Made by a program: the position numbers and the translations under genes. The notes below the pieces were generated by a model that was given only the letters and a program-made list of their open reading frames with translations, did not search any database and had not been told where the DNA came from. DNA of 64,000 bases from Isurus oxyrinchus (Eukaryota), in assembly GCA_026770705.1 (NCBI GenBank), contig JANJGN010000140.1, positions 186,001 to 250,000 of the forward strand, written 5' to 3'. This document shows positions 21,800-36,390 of the stretch, in pieces; within the stretch, counting starts at the first letter, position 1, and each line of letters starts with the position of its first letter.

Positions 21800-24180
21800 A
21801 AATAAAATACAATATTGATCACAGGGCAGGTAATGTGCTGCTGCTGCTGCAGCATGTGGCAACTGCTGGACACCAAGTTGATTCAAAGTGAGCACATCTG
21901 TATTAAATGTTCGAGAGTTCCAGGAATTTCGAATCCAAGTTGAGGAGCTGGAATCCAAGCTGCAGAAATTGTGCCACATCAGAGAGGGAGAGAGCTAACT
22001 GGACACTTTACTCTGGGAGTTGGTCACACCACATGAGATTAGGTAATTCCAATCTGGTCTGTGATCAAGGACAGGAGTTTGTGACTGCAGGTGAGGCAGC
22101 TGTGTGGACCCAGGGGGTAGCGTTCGAGGAACCTCGGCCCCTGCAATTGTTCAAGAGTCACGAGGCTCTTGCAAGCTGTGTGGACGAGAGCAGGGGCTGC
22201 AGGGAAGATGGGGGAACTGGCCACGGCACCGTGGTAGAGGGAAACATTAAAATGGTGGGAAAAAATTGAATGCAGTGGTAGGAAACAGTTTAATTAGGGG
22301 GATAGATGCTGTTCTCTGCATCCGTGAGCGTGAGTCCCGAAGGCTGTGTTGTCTGCGAGGTGCCAGGGTTAAGGACATCTCCTCAGGGCTGGAGAGGAAC
22401 TTGAAATAGGAAAAGGCCAAAGTGAAACTAGGCCCGTTAGAGAATGAGGCTCTGGAAATTATAATGGGGAGCCAGGGAATGGCAGAGGAGTTTAATAAAT
22501 ACTTTGCATCAGTCTTCACGGTAAAAGGCACTAATAACATTCCAAAGGTATGAAATTATCAAGGGCAAAATGGCGGGGAGGGGGGAGGAAATAAATACAA
22601 TCATCACCAGTGAAAAGTGCTAAGGAAACTAATGGGCCGAAACGCTGTTGCCCCCCTGAATGTGATGAGTTGCATCCTAGGATATTAAATGAAATAGCTG
22701 CAGAGATAGTGGACACACTGGTCTTCCAAGAATCCTTAGATCTCCCAAGAATCCTTAGATCCCAGAGAAGTCCCAGAGGATTGGAAAACTGTCAATGTAA
22801 CACCCTTGTTCAAAAAGGGAGGGAGACAATAAACATTTAACCACAGGCCAGTTAGCTTAACATTCACCATTGGGGAAATGTTAAAGTCTATCATAAGTGA
22901 TGCTCAGAGGATTTAAAGGTGCATAATATAATCAAGCAGAGTTAGCAAGGCTTCATGAAAGGGAAATCATGCCTGACAAATTTATTAGAATTCTTTGAGG
23001 AGGTAACAAGCAGGATAGATAAAGGACAACCAGCAGGAGTAATATATTTGGATTTTCTTAAGGTACCACGCATAAGGTTACTTAATAAGTTAAGAACCCA
23101 AGGGATTGTGAGTAGTATGTTAGCATGGATAGAGATTGACTAACTAATAGAAGACAGATTTGGAATAAGAGGCACATTTTGTTGATGGCAAACTGTAACT
23201 AGTGGAGTGCCACAGGGATCAGTGCTGTGGCCACAATTATTTACAATATATATTAATGGTTTGGAGGAGGAAGTGAATGTACTATCGCCAAGTTTGTGGA
23301 TGGCACAGAAATAGGTGGGAAGGCAGGTGGTGAGGTGACACAAAGAGTCTACAAATGGATAGCGACAGGTTAGGTGAGTGGGCAAAGACTTGGCAGATGG
23401 AATTTAATGTGGGAAAGTGTCAGGTTATGCACTTTGACAGGAAGAATAGAGGAGCTGAATATTATTTAAATGGAGAAAAACCACTGAAAGCTGCAGCACA
23501 GAGGGTTCTGGTGGCTTTCGTGCACAAATCACAAAAAGCTAGCATTCAAATTCAGCAGGTAATAGGGAAGACAAATGGAATATTTGACTTCATTTCAAAG
23601 GAATGGAGTATAAAAACAGGGAAGTCTTGCTTAAGTTATACAAGGCACTAATTAGACCACACCTGGAACATTGTGAACAGTTTTGGTCCCCTTATCTGAC
23701 GAAAGATATATTGGCTTTCGAGTCAGTCCAAAGAAGGCTCATTAGGTTGATCCCGGGGATGGAGGGATTTTCTTATGAGGGGAGGTTGAGTAGATTGGGC
23801 CTGTACTCATTGGAGTTTAGAAGAACGAGCGGCGACCTTATGAAACATGTAAGATCCTGAGGGGGCTTTGACAGGGTAGATGCTGAGAGGTTGTTCCCCA
23901 TTGTGGGAGACCAGGACCAGCGGTCACAATCTCAGAGTAAAGAGTCGCCATTTGAGACAGAGATGAGGAGGAATTTCTTCTCTCAGAGGGTAGCGAATCT
24001 GTGGACTTAATTACCACAGAAGCCTGTAGAGGCTGGGCCGTTAGATATGTTCAAAGCTGAGGTGGAGAGATCTTTAACCTGTCAAGAAATCAAGAGTTGT
24101 GAGGAATAAGCAGGACATTGGAGTTGATGATTATCAGATCAGCCATAATCTTGTTGACTGGCGGAGCAGACTCGATGGGC
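21800..24180 (+). mobile_element. CR1 LINE, internally deleted (ORF1 remnant + RT)
   Basis: KGKSCLTNLLEFFEEV, WQMEFNVGKC, LYKALIRPHLE..QFWSP; multiple frameshifts. Confidence 0.88.
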
Positions 24181-24539
24181 CAGCAGAGGCATGGCCTAGT
24201 CCAGTTACACATGACAAATTGCCTCGAGTGATATAAACTGATACAGCCAAGCAGCAGCAGGGCCTGTTATTAAATGAAAATCAGAAATTCCAACGTTATG
24301 ATTTAAACAGAGGCAGTGTCTCGTCTGGTAATGGCTAAGACATTCATGTGATATAAACAAACGCATTTTCTAGTTTATTATGAATAAAAACAATGTTGTA
24401 TATAATAAAAATGGATGCAAGATCAAGTGAAATATAAAAGAAAGAGACGTAGTGTGTCCCAGTGTCAGGTTAACTGAAACATGAATGAATGTCCTGCAAA
24501 CTGAGACAAGTCCTGTTGCAGTAATAACCGCGGTAGGGT

Positions 24540-25200
24540 GTAGGTTAATTTAAAAGCATATAGAAAGATGCAATAACAACTAAGCTTGCTGGAATATAAA
24601 CTGAGACTTGACCTAGTATAATATAAACAGTTATAGGGTTTAGTATAACACTAACAGAGACGTGGTCCTGTTCAACATAAACAAAGACAGGGTTTAGTGC
24701 AATTTAAGAGAGAGATGGCCTTGCATATTACAAACAGGGATAAAGCCTAGTGTAATACAGACAAGAGGTGGAATATAGTTTAATAGAAACAGAGGCGGGG
24801 CCTAGTGTAATATAAACAAGCAGGTTATAGTGTAATATAAACAGCGACGTGGTCTAGTCTAATATAAAGATAGACATGGTCAAAAATGGCATAGTCAAAT
24901 AAATGGTCGAGTTTAATATAAATAAAGACAGAGTCTAATGTAACAGAAGAAATTGCATTATGTAATAAAAAATGGACATGGTCCCGTGCAGCAAATTCAG
25001 TGCTGTGGTTTACTGCAGTCATAACTGAGACGGAAGCTTATGTAATATAAGTAGATACATAGTCTCATGTGCAATAAACAGAATTTTGTGCAGCATAATT
25101 AAGCAGATACGGTTTCTAATGCAATTTAACAGCGTGGTCATGGTATTGTTTCATAATGACTGACACAGGGACTAGCATCATATTAACTGAGAAAGAGCGA
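24540..25200 (+). repeat. Degenerate ~29-30 bp AT-rich satellite-like repeat (CTAGTGTAATATAAACAGAGAC..)
   Basis: Recurrent AGTGTAATATAAACA motifs; related tracts near 2600-3200 (inverted), 54050-54400 and 61700-62450. Confidence 0.6.
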
Positions 25201-26892
25201 GAGCAGTAACAAATGCAAAGAGGCTTAAGGTAATTTAAAGAGTTGGTCGTCTCATCATAGAATTAGAAAATAGTGCAGCACATAATACAACACATGAAAG
25301 GCCTTTCAGCTCATCATGTGTGCCAGATTGTTGAAAGAGCTAAAAAAATCGGTTCAGTTCTCGTGTAATTCTCTTTTAATCATGCAAATGTTTGCACATC
25401 ATTGATTTATCCAATTGACTTTTAAACAATCCTATTGAGTCGGCTTGCACCACCTTTTGAGACAGAGCATTCATGGTCATCGCTTTCTCTTGTGCCGATT
25501 TTGGTGCTGTTGCAAATTACTTTAAATGTGTCTGTTCTGTTTTCCACCCTCTGTCCCAAATGACTTCATGTATTTGAGCATTACTGTCATATTACCACTT
25601 AAACCCCAAAGCTGCAAGAAGATCAACATTTCTTTGATCTCTCCACAGAAGTCAATTATTTCATCTTTGGTATCAATCTAATGAATCTCTTCTGATCCAT
25701 CTGAAAGGCCTTTCTCTCTTCTTTAAAATGTAATGCCGAATATTTAACAAAACGTTTGGTGCTTAATGAGTATTCTGTGATGGCGAGCAACTCTCCCTTG
25801 CCTTTGTAACGCGATGCTTCTATTTAAAAAATAAAGACAAGGATCATGAACACTCTTTAGGTTCTTTCATAACATTGTAACTTCAAAGACATATTTATAC
25901 ACACTCATAAACCCTTCACTTTCAGCCTTAACTTAGTATTTCCCTACTTCGGTTAAATTTACAGGACCTAGTGAAATATAAACATGGACATGTCCTAATG
26001 CAGTAATAACTGAGATAGGGCCTCTTGTAATATAAACAGAGTTCGACTCTTTAAATGCAGACTGGCAATGAACTAATACACCAGGGCGTGTCTCACTTAC
26101 CTACTCAGAAATATTGTTCATATTTCCTTTCATTCAATCTCTTCCATGTGCCAGTTTCATAACTTTATTTTATTTCAACCTGCTTTTTGTTTCCCTTTTA
26201 CCTGTCTCATTATTCCTCTCTTTCGGCTAATTTTCCACATCGGTTCTGCTTGCTTCTCCCTATCTTCCTCCTTCCCATTACAACCCCCAGATGTCCAAGC
26301 AGTTTTCCTGCTGAAACCTGTGTCTTTATGTCCTTGAGCCTCAGTCAGTGTTAGTACCTTTAGTTCTATATCAGTCTACGTCACCTTACCTCAGTCATGC
26401 TGAGCGCATTCAGTCCCTCATTGTCCACTTGTGTTCCACAGAACAATGCCAATTCCGTTACCCCAACTTCACAGCAGCAGCGACATTCCTAATGAGGAAA
26501 TAGACAGCAGAACCCTTAGTAAACATTTAGAACAGGCATAATGCTGATCTATGGAGCAGGTCTTACTCAGCTGAGCAACACCATTGACCAAACATTTCAC
26601 CATTGAGGCAATGGAAACATTGAACGGATGCACCCACAGGAGCCCCCATTAGTCTTGCTCAGATCTTTCTTTCATTCAATTTTTCCAATGATTCTCTTCC
26701 AGAATTTGTTGTTTTATTTTATCAGAAACATTATGTTTATTTCTGTTATCTCTATATATGCATCCCTTTTCATTCCGATTTGCATAACTGCTCTTTCTGC
26801 TCGATTATCCTTATCTTTCCCATTACCATCACAATCCCCAGCCTACTCACTCCCATGACCCCTGATGCGAGCAGTGCAATTTGTTGCCTGTG

Positions 26893-27028
26893 TGTCATCA
26901 GTCAGCAGTCTATGTGACATCAGTCTGAAGTCCGCATGACCGAAGCCTGCTTCCTCTGTGACGTCAGTCTGTGGCATTCTTGTGACGTCAGTCACCAGTC
27001 CGTTTGACGTCAGTCTGCAGTCCCTGTG
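26893..27028 (+). repeat. 22-bp minisatellite built on CRE (TGACGTCA) motifs
   Basis: Units start at 26893, 26915, 26937, 26959, 26983 and 27005; a further unit lies at 29517 on the far side of a LINE. Confidence 0.75.
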
Positions 27029-27029
27029 T

Positions 27030-29516
27030 AGAGATAAGAAACACCAAGCCTCCGAAAACGTTGGCGGGGGTTGCCTATAGGCCCCTAAACAGTAATGGGA
27101 ATGTAAGAGAATGCATTAATCAGGAAATTAGAGAAAATGAAATAAGGGTGCAGATGTTATCATGGGTGACTTTAATCTGTATATAGATTTGACAAGCCAA
27201 ACTAGTAATAATATTGTGGAGGAGCGTTTCCTGGAGTATGTACGTGCTGGTTTTTCGATTAATACGTTCAGGAACCAACTAGAGAGCAGGCTTTCCTAGA
27301 CTGGGCATTGTGCAATGAGAAAGGATTAATTAACAATCTTGCTGTGTGGGGTCCCTAGGGGATGAGCGGCCATAAAATGATGGAATTGCTCAGTATTATG
27401 GAGAGTGAAGAAGTTGAATCCTAAACTAGGGCCCTGAATTTAAATAAAGGGAATTGGATGAGTACGAGGTTCGAGATGGCAAGGATGGATTGAGGAACCT
27501 AACTGAAAGTGTTGACAGTGGATAGGCAATTGCTAATATTTAAGGAGCGTATGCATGAATTATAACAATTATTCATTCCTCTCTGTCGCAAAATGATAAC
27601 AGTAGTTCAACCATGGCTTACAAGACAAATGAAGGATCCAAAGAAGAGACATATATATTTGTCATAAAAAGCAGAAAGCTTGAGGAGTGGGAGCAGTTTA
27701 GAATTCAGCAAAAGTGGAGAAAAAGGTTGACCAAGAAGGGAAAAATGGAGCATGAGAGTAAACTTGCAGGGAACATACCAACTGACTGTAAAGCCTTTTA
27801 CAAAAGAGAACACAACTAATTTCCCAGAAATGTTAGGGAAACAAGGGTCCAGTGAGACGGAGGAATTGAAGAAAAGTAGTATTAGTAAAAATGTTGTGCG
27901 TGAGAAATGAATGGGGTTAAAGGCTGAAAAATCCCCAGGGCTTGACAATCTGCACCCCGGAGAACTAAAGGAATTGGCCCTGGAAATGCTGGATGCATTG
28001 GTGGGCAACTTCCAAAATTCTGTAGACACTGAAGCATTTCTTACAGATTGGAGGGTGGCAAATGTAACCCCACTATTTAAAAAAGGAGAGAGGGAAAAGA
28101 CAGAGAATTACTGGCTAATTAGCCGCACATCAATAGTGGAGAAAATCTAGAATCTATTAAAAATATGTGGTAACAGAACATTTGGAAAGCACTAACGAAT
28201 TAGATAAAGTCAGCATGGATTTATGAAAGTGAAATCGTGCTTAACTAATCTACTGGAGTTTTTGTGGACGCAACTTGTAGAATAGTTAAGGGAGAACCAG
28301 TGGATGTGGTGCATTTGTAATTCAAGATAACTTGTCATAAGGTCCCACATAAGATGCTAGTCTGCAAAATTTAAGTACATGGGATTCGGGATAATATACT
28401 GGCCTGGATTGAGAATTGGTTGACAGACCAGAAACAGAGATTGGGAATAAATGGGCCTTTTTCCAGGTGGCAAGAGGTGACTAATGGTGTGCCGCACTAG
28501 TGGTGTACCGCAGGGATCAGTTCTTGGGCCCCAGCTATTCACGATATATCTAAATAACTTGGATGAGGCAACCAAATGCAATATTTCTAAGTTTGCTGAT
28601 GGCACAAATCTGGGCGGGGCTCTGAGTTGTGAGGAGGATGCAAGGAGGCTTCAGGGAGATTTAGACAAGTTGCGTGTGTGTGGGCAAACACATTGCAGAT
28701 GCAGTATAACGTGGATAAATGTGAAGTTATACACTTCAGTGTGAAAAACAGAAAGGCAGAGTATTACTAAAATGGTGATATATCGGGAGATGTGGATGTA
28801 GAAAGGGATCTGGGTGCTCTTGTACACCAGTTAATGAAAGTAAGCAGGCAGGTGCAGCAAGCAATTAGGAAGGCAAATGGTATGTTGGCATTTATTGCAA
28901 GAGGATTTGAGTTCAGAAGTGGGGATGTCTTACGACAGTTATACAAGGCCTTGGTGAGATCACACCTGGAGTACTGCGTGCAGTTTTGGTCTCCCTACTT
29001 AAGAAACGATATACTTCACATCAAAGGAGTGCAGCGAAGATTCACTAAGCTGATACTGGGGAAGGCAGGACAGTAGTTGGAGGAGAGATTTGTTTAACCT
29101 GGTCTGTATTCAATGGAGGTTACAAGATTGAGAGGGTATCTGATTGAAACGTATAAAAATTCTAACATAGCTAGACAGACTGTATGCGGGGAGGCTATTT
29201 CCCCTGGTTCAGGCGTCTAGAACCAGGGGCCACTGTCTCCAGATGAGGGGCAGGCCATTTAGGACCGAGATGAGGAAATATTTCTTCACCCAGAGGGTGT
29301 TCAACCTGTCGAATTCTCTACCAAAAAAGACTGTGGAGGCCGGGCCACTGAGTATATTCGAAAAACCAAGAATTTGATACATTTTTGGATATCAGGTTTG
29401 GAGAGAAAGCAGGAATATGGCTTTGAGATAAAGGATCAGACATGATCATATTGAATGGCGGTGAGGCTCGAAGTGCCAAATGGCCTACTCCTGCTCCTAG
29501 TTTCTATGTTTCTATG
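27030..29516 (+). mobile_element. 5'-truncated CR1 LINE ORF2 (endonuclease-RT), degenerate
   Basis: GVAYRP, KSPGLDNLHP, WRVANVTPLFKKG, GVPQGSVLGPQLF, KFADGT; 3' tail TTTCTATGTTTCTATG. Confidence 0.9.
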
Positions 29517-29894
29517 TGACGTCAGTCTGCTGTCTCTGTGTGTCCCTGAGCTTCAGGCAGCTTTAGACTCATTAGCCTTGTGCCGAGTGGCGTGCTTTGA
29601 GTGACGCTTGAGTGCCAGCGGCCTCGCTCTCCCAGCTGATATGAAATATTAAGCGAATAAACAACTGATCAGAAGACTGAAGCTGTGCTCGACCTATCGG
29701 TATGATAGGATTCTGCAGTTTGTTTTCACAACCACTTCTCAAAACAGTTGGGTGACAGTTTGATCCGAGGTTAAGTTGGCTTCCTCTAGATGTATGTTTC
29801 AGCGCCTGAAAGCGGGCTGCACATTGAGGCGACATCTGCCCGCAATTCTATACAACCCCAAAGGGACAGGAGCTCCCAGCGACAGTCCAGAGGT

Positions 29895-29933
29895 AGTTTT
29901 TGCACGGTGGTGAGATTGCTCCACATCACTGTG
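29895..29933 (-). other. 23-RSS of the minus-strand V pseudogene
   Basis: On the minus strand: CACAGTG + 23 nt + GCAAAAACT. Confidence 0.85.
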
Positions 29934-30560
29934 AGTCTCAGAGAGAGTAATAATACACCAAACTGTCAGTACTCATGTCTTTGTAAAGAATAGGTTAAGT
30001 ATCGAAAGAAGCTGCCACTGCATAAAGTAAAGATCCTCGTACAGCATTCGCAGGGCAGGTACAGGCACGGATTGGATGCAGAGTAATATTCCCTCTCAAA
30101 TGTTCCATTTAAAATTCTCAGTGCAGGTACATTGCCAGTTACATACAGAGTAAAATCCCATCCCAGCAACCTCGCCTTGGACAGGTAAAGCACTGATTAT
30201 ACGGAGAATAAAGTCCCATCAATCTGTCTGCATCAAACATTCCTCGGTAAGGCGCAACACAGGCTATAAATAGAACAAGGATCCCTTTACACTGTACCAT
30301 TGAACATTCCCCAGGTCTTGTGTAGCACACGTTAAATACAGAGTAATGTTCCCTCCAAAATCTCAGGGCAGATGTAACATGGGTTACTGTGTTAGATACT
30401 GAGTGAAACACCATGCTGTCCATTTAAATTGCTGGAATAATATCCACGATTAACAGGCGCTGCTTTCTGGGACTTTACAGGTACTTGCTGAATAATTTTG
30501 TTCTGAAATTGAGCTCAGGGTCAGGCAAATCTTATGAAGTAATTATCTGATATTCAAGAT
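29934..30560 (-). pseudogene. Decayed TCR alpha/delta-type V segment interrupted by a satellite insertion
   Basis: The 3' part reads ASFDT*...TDSLVYYYSL* up to the RSS (compare ASIDS..SDSAVYYCAL). A 5' remnant LTLS..KYL*SPRKQRLLI lies near 30430-30530. Confidence 0.6.
30020..30420. repeat. ~65-bp unit satellite-like repeat
   Basis: Recurrent ..CAGGGCAGGTAC..GATACAGAGTAA.. units. Confidence 0.65.
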
Positions 30561-32129
30561 AAATCTCTTCATTTAAAAATGACAGTCTTTGATGGAAGTT
30601 TAAACTCATTAACGTTTGGTTATTTCTTACGAGAGATGAAACCATTTATATTATATTGCTGACTCGAGGTCTTCAACCTTATTACGTCGATGCACATTAA
30701 CATTGCTTGAACACTGCGTTTGCCTCGATACACAAGACAGATGACAGGGTAACGCCCAAATAACAATGTTCTCTCATACGCTGTAATGTCAACTTTAGAA
30801 AAGATTGGCTGGAGATCATTAAACTCCCCCTAGTCTTTAATGCTTTCCATTAAGCTGGCCCACCAAGGGACGGTGGGTCAGAAACAGCATTGGTTCTGAA
30901 CAGATTAGAGATTCTTCCATGCCTTTTATGTAGTGCTTCTAAGTTGTTCCTTCTATCTATCAGACACTGGATTACTGATCTTGCTTGTGAGGCGCCTTCT
31001 TAAGCTTTATGTCAAGCTTTAACCTTTCTATGAAATACAACCTTCTTGAATCAATGTGTCGAACTGCACTATCTGAAATACACGAGAATGAGCTAAAAGG
31101 TTTATAACCAGCCGGGTGGATTCCTGATCCGCACACAGAGCAGACACACAGAAACAGATACCAACGGTGCAACAATCTGGCTCTCGGCAGATAAATCTCT
31201 ATTGTTTGTCAAATTAAACAAGGTAATTTATCTTAATTGAGTAATGGTAAATTTCCGACAATATTAAGTTTGCAAGCACTTAAATTAAGCTGCTGTTCAT
31301 TTAAAAACCTCCCTTCGACGTCGAATAACGTTTCCTTCCCTTTAGATAATACTGCAAACCGAGTAAGATCTGGTTTCTATAAAAAAGAATTGTATCCGGT
31401 AATTCACAGCCAGCAGGATTGCTGTCTGGAAGAGGGGCTTTCTGAGGTGGAAGAAGTTAGCAAATTAGGAAACCTTTACATTGTAAGCAGATTGCCCACT
31501 GGCTTATCATAATGTAATTAAATATTTCAGTAATTAAACAATTTTAGGATGAGACGGGGGTTTAGTGGCACTGGACTAGTAATCCAGAGGCCCATGGTAA
31601 TACACTGGGAACAAAGATTCAAATCCCACCACGGCGATGGTGGAATTAATTCAACTATTAAAAGCTAGCCTCAGTCATGGTGACCATGAAACTACCATCG
31701 ATTGTCATAAAGAGCCATCTGGTTTATTAATATCCGTTAGGGAAGCGAATCTGCCATCCTGATCTGGTCTTGTCTACATGTGACTCCGGACCCACAGAAA
31801 TGTGGGTGACTCTTAACTGCCATCTGAAATAGTAGGGGACACAATTCAATCCAAGGCAATTTGGGGTGGGCAGCAAATGCTGGCCTTGCCAGTGATACCC
31901 ACCTTGCATGAAATAATTTCAAAAATGTAACCTCTAAAACTATCAAGGGAAATAACAGAAAGTTAATGCATTAAAATCTGGAGTCACAGGTTATAAACTC
32001 GGACGCCTTCCAAGGGAAATGTTTTCTCAATTAATTCACGTTTTAACTTAATACACACGTGTTCACATTGAAGACACCTCCACCGTGTTGTGTGCCACTA
32101 CCACCGCTCTCATTGGGATAGATTGCAAA

Positions 32130-34220
32130 CAGATCAAGCAACTCAGACTGTGCAACCTTGAGGCACTGGGCCATCAGAAGCAGCACAAATGTACACAATC
32201 ACAATTTGTAACCTCATGGCCTGGTACATCTCTCACTCCACCATTACCTTCAAACCGGGGCATAAACCCTCGTTCAATGAAGAGTGCAGGAGGGCAATCC
32301 AAGAGTAGCACCAGGCATACCTAAAAATAAGGCGTCACCCTGGTGAAGCTACAACACAGGACTACTTGTGTGTCAATGAGCGGAATCAATATGCTATAGA
32401 TAAAGCTAAGCAATCCCACAACCAATGGATCAGCTCTAAGCTCTTCAATCCTGCTACTTCCAGCCGTGACTGGCGATAGACAATTCAACAATGAATATGG
32501 GGAGGAGGCTCCACAAATATCCCCATCCTCAATGATGGAGCAGCCCAACACATCAGTGCAAAATGCAAGGCTGAAGCATTTACAACAACCTTACTCCAGA
32601 AGTGCCGAGTGGGTAATCCATCTCGGCCTGGTCCTGAGGTATCCAGCATAACAGATGCCAGTCTTCAGCCAATTCGATTCAAAACAAGTGATATCAAGAA
32701 ACGGCTGAAGGCACTGCATACTGCAAAAGCAGTGCTCCAGGATGAGCCAGACCGCTAGCCGAGCCGTTCCAGCACAGTTACAAGTGACATCTATCCGGCA
32801 ATGTGGAACATTTCCCAGTGTGTCTTGTGCGGAAAAAGCAGGATAAATCCAACCAGGTCAATTACTGAACCATCAGTCTGCTCTCGATCATTAGCAGACC
32901 GTTGGAAAGTGTCATTGACAGTGCTATCAAGCGTCAGTAACTCAGCAATAACCTGTTCATTGGCGCTCAGTTTGAGGTCCTTCATGGCCACTCAGCTCCT
33001 GGCCTTATTACAGCTTTAGTTCAAAAAAGGACAAAATAGCAGAAAGGAAGATGTGAAGTGAGAATGACGGCTCTTGACGACAAGGCAGCTTTTGACTGAC
33101 TAGGTCATCAGGGAGCCGTAGCAAAAGTGGAGTCAATGGGAATCAGGAGAAAACTTTCCACTGACTGGAGCTATGCCTAGCACAAATGAAGATGATTGCT
33201 TTTGAAGGTCATCCATCTCAGTCGCAGGACATCACTGCAGGAGTTCCTCGGGGTAGTGGCCTAGGCCCAACTATCTTCAGCTGCATCATCAATGAGCCGC
33301 CCTCTATTATAAGGTGGGGATGTTTGCTGATGATTGCACAATGTTCAACACCACCCGTGACTCCTCAGACACTGCAGCCGTACATGTCCAACTGCTGCAG
33401 CAAGACAAGAACAACATTCTGGCTTGATCTTATAAGTGACAAATACCATTCTCGCCACACAATTGCCAAGCAACGAACATATCCAACAAAAGCTTATCCA
33501 AACATCTCCCCTTGACATTCAATGGCATTACCACCGCTGAATCCTCCACTATCAACATCTTTGGGATAGTCATTTCCCCAAAACAGAAGTGGACAATGCA
33601 TAGCAGTGCTTTGGCGACAAAGGCAGTTCAAAGGCTGGGAATTCGGTAGCGAGGTACTTAATATCTGATTGTACAAATCCTGTCCACCATCTACAAGACA
33701 TAAGTCAGGAGTGTGATGGCAAGCTGTCCACTCGCCTGGGCGAGTACAGCCCATAAAACACTCAAGAAGCTCGACACCGTCCAGGAAAAAGCAGCCCGCT
33801 TGACTGCGACCCCTGCCCTCTATCCACTACCTTTAGCAGTCACTCCCTCCACCACTAACGCATGGTGGCAGCCGCGTGTATCATCTAAATTATGCACCGC
33901 AGCAACTCACTAAGGCTCCTTCGACAGTACCTTCCAAACAAGTGACCTGTGCCACATAGAAGGACATGGGCAGCAAATGCATGTGAACACCATCACCTGC
34001 AAATTACCCTGCAAACGGCACACATATCCCGACTTGGTACTACACCACTATTCCTTCACTGGCACCAAGTTAAAACCTTGGAACTGTCTTTCTCACAGCA
34101 CTGCTTGAGCATCTAGGCCACATGGACTGCAGCGGTTCAAGGAGACAACTAATAACCAGGTTCTTAAGGCCAATACGAATAGGCAATTAATGGTGGTCTA
34201 GCTAGCGCCGCCCACATGAA
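32130..34220 (+). mobile_element. LINE ORF2 remnant (CR1/L2 group)
   Basis: GVPRGSGLGPTIFSCIIN, FADD-like motif, TLKKLDTVQEKAARL. Confidence 0.75.
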
Positions 34221-34429
34221 AGAATGAAGAAAAACATTCACTAGAGTTGCTGGAGATGTTTTGGACTAAATTTTCGGGGGTGGAGGGCGGGTGGACATCA
34301 ACATATCTTAGGAGAACAGGTTAATAAAATACATAAATTGAGGTAGAGTGTTGGATATTAATAGAGAATGAAATAGCATCATATCAGATAGAATGGATTA
34401 AAATGGTTGACGGGCAATCCAAAGATAGG

Positions 34430-36390
34430 TTTGAAATGTGGGTATGTGAGAGCAAAGAGTCTGGTGAATAAAGTTGGTGAGTTGCAATCACAAATATCCG
34501 TTTGGACAATGATGTAGTAACTATGAGGGAAATCCGGCTTAGAAATGGTAAGCACGAAGACAGGGGAGGGCGAAGAGGAGGTGGGGTTGCGGTGTTGACT
34601 GGGAAAGACATTACAGTGTTGGAAGGAGAGGATGTCCTTGAGGCGACAAGAGAAGAATCAATTTGGTTCGAGCTGAGAAGTGGAAAACGGTTGACCACGC
34701 TGTGAAGGGTATTGTATTGGCCAAATGGAGAGTCCGAAAGAGAGAGAAAGAGAGAGGGATGAGTGGGAGAGAGTGGGGGTGGGGGGTGGGGGTGGGGGGT
34801 GGGGTGGTGAGGAGAAAGAGTGAAAGAGAGGCAGGAGTGAGAGAGAAAGAAAAAAGGAGAGCGAATCTGTAGGGAAATCACAGAGATGCAAATACTTGTG
34901 TTATTTTGGGACTTTCTGATTACCCAAATGTCGATTGAAATAATGTTTTAGGGAAGGATAAGGAGTGGGAGGAATTTAGGAAATGTGTTCAGGGCGAATT
35001 CCTTATCCAGTCTGCTTCCGGCCCAACCAGGAAGGAGGAATTACTGGAGTTTGGGTTGGGGAATAACGTGGATTACATGGGCTAAATGTCTGTGGAAAAC
35101 ACATGAATAGAAGTGATCATCGTGTCATATGGTTCTGACTAGTAATACAGAACAGCAAGTAACAATCTAAAGTAAAACTTCTAAATTGGAAGAGGACTAA
35201 ATTTAATGTAATGTGAGGGGATTTAGTTAAAATAGAACCAAAGACTGAGAAAAAAAGCAGCAACGGAACAACGGATGATTTTAAGGACAAGATATTTTCG
35301 GTGCAACCTTGTTACATTCCAACAAGAGCAAAACGTAGGAGAACCCAAAGTCATTGCTCCTTGGATGGAGGGGGAGATAGTAAATGTGATTAAACAAAAT
35401 AGAGGGTGCATAATGCATATCAGCAAAATTGATCAAGTAAAAAGCAGATCAAATGCAATAAATTGAGATTCTATGCCTTGGACATTGGAACGCGGAATGA
35501 AGTTTCAAAATATGTGGATGATACCAAGGCTTGAGGTGTCACAAACAGTGAGTGTGATACGAGCGGCTGCAACAGAAACTAGATGGGCTAGCAGAGGGGT
35601 AAACAAGTTCTGATGGAATTTAACACAGAATTGAGAGGTGATGCATTTTCGCAGTAGAGCCTGGGAGGGGCAATATAGATTTAAAGGTACCGTTCTAAAG
35701 AATGCACGATGGGAGAGGGACCTGAGGTCCATATGCATCGACCTTTGAATGTGGCTGGGCATATTGAGAGATCATTTAGCAATGCATTTGGATCTTGGGC
35801 GTCATAAATAAAGGAATTGAGTACAAAATCAGGAAAATTATGCTGATCCTTAATAAATCACTGGTGAGGTAGAAAATTGAGTTTTGCATCCAGTTCTGGT
35901 AACCACACTTTAGGAAAGCTGTGGCTGTCCTTGAAAGGATGCAGAGGGGATTTACCAGAATGCTTCTAGGCTTAAGGAAATTCAGCTACAATGTTATATT
36001 GGAGAAGCTGGGTTGTCCTTGGAGGAAAGGAGAGTAAGGGGAGATTTGATAAAATGTGCAAAAATATAAAAAGTGTCACAGAAATAGGCAAAGAAAAGGT
36101 GTTTTCATTAATTAATAGTTCAAGAGTTTTGGGACACGTGTTGTAAAGTTTTTGACAAAAAGGTACTGGCAGTGTGAGGAAGAGACTTTTGTGAAGCGCA
36201 TGGTATGACTCGTTGCCAAATATGGTGGCAATGGTGGACACTATCAATGATTTGAGAAAGGAAATTAGATTGACACGACAGGGAAGTCAAAACTTCCAGG
36301 GCTATGAGGGTACAGCATTGGAGTGTGACTAACTGGTTTGTTCTACAGACGTCCAGCATGCACTCGATGCCCCGAATGCCTTCCTGCCCA
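34430..36390 (+). mobile_element. CR1 LINE remnant
   Basis: DRGGRRGGGVAVL endonuclease motif and CR1-like 3' region. Confidence 0.7.
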
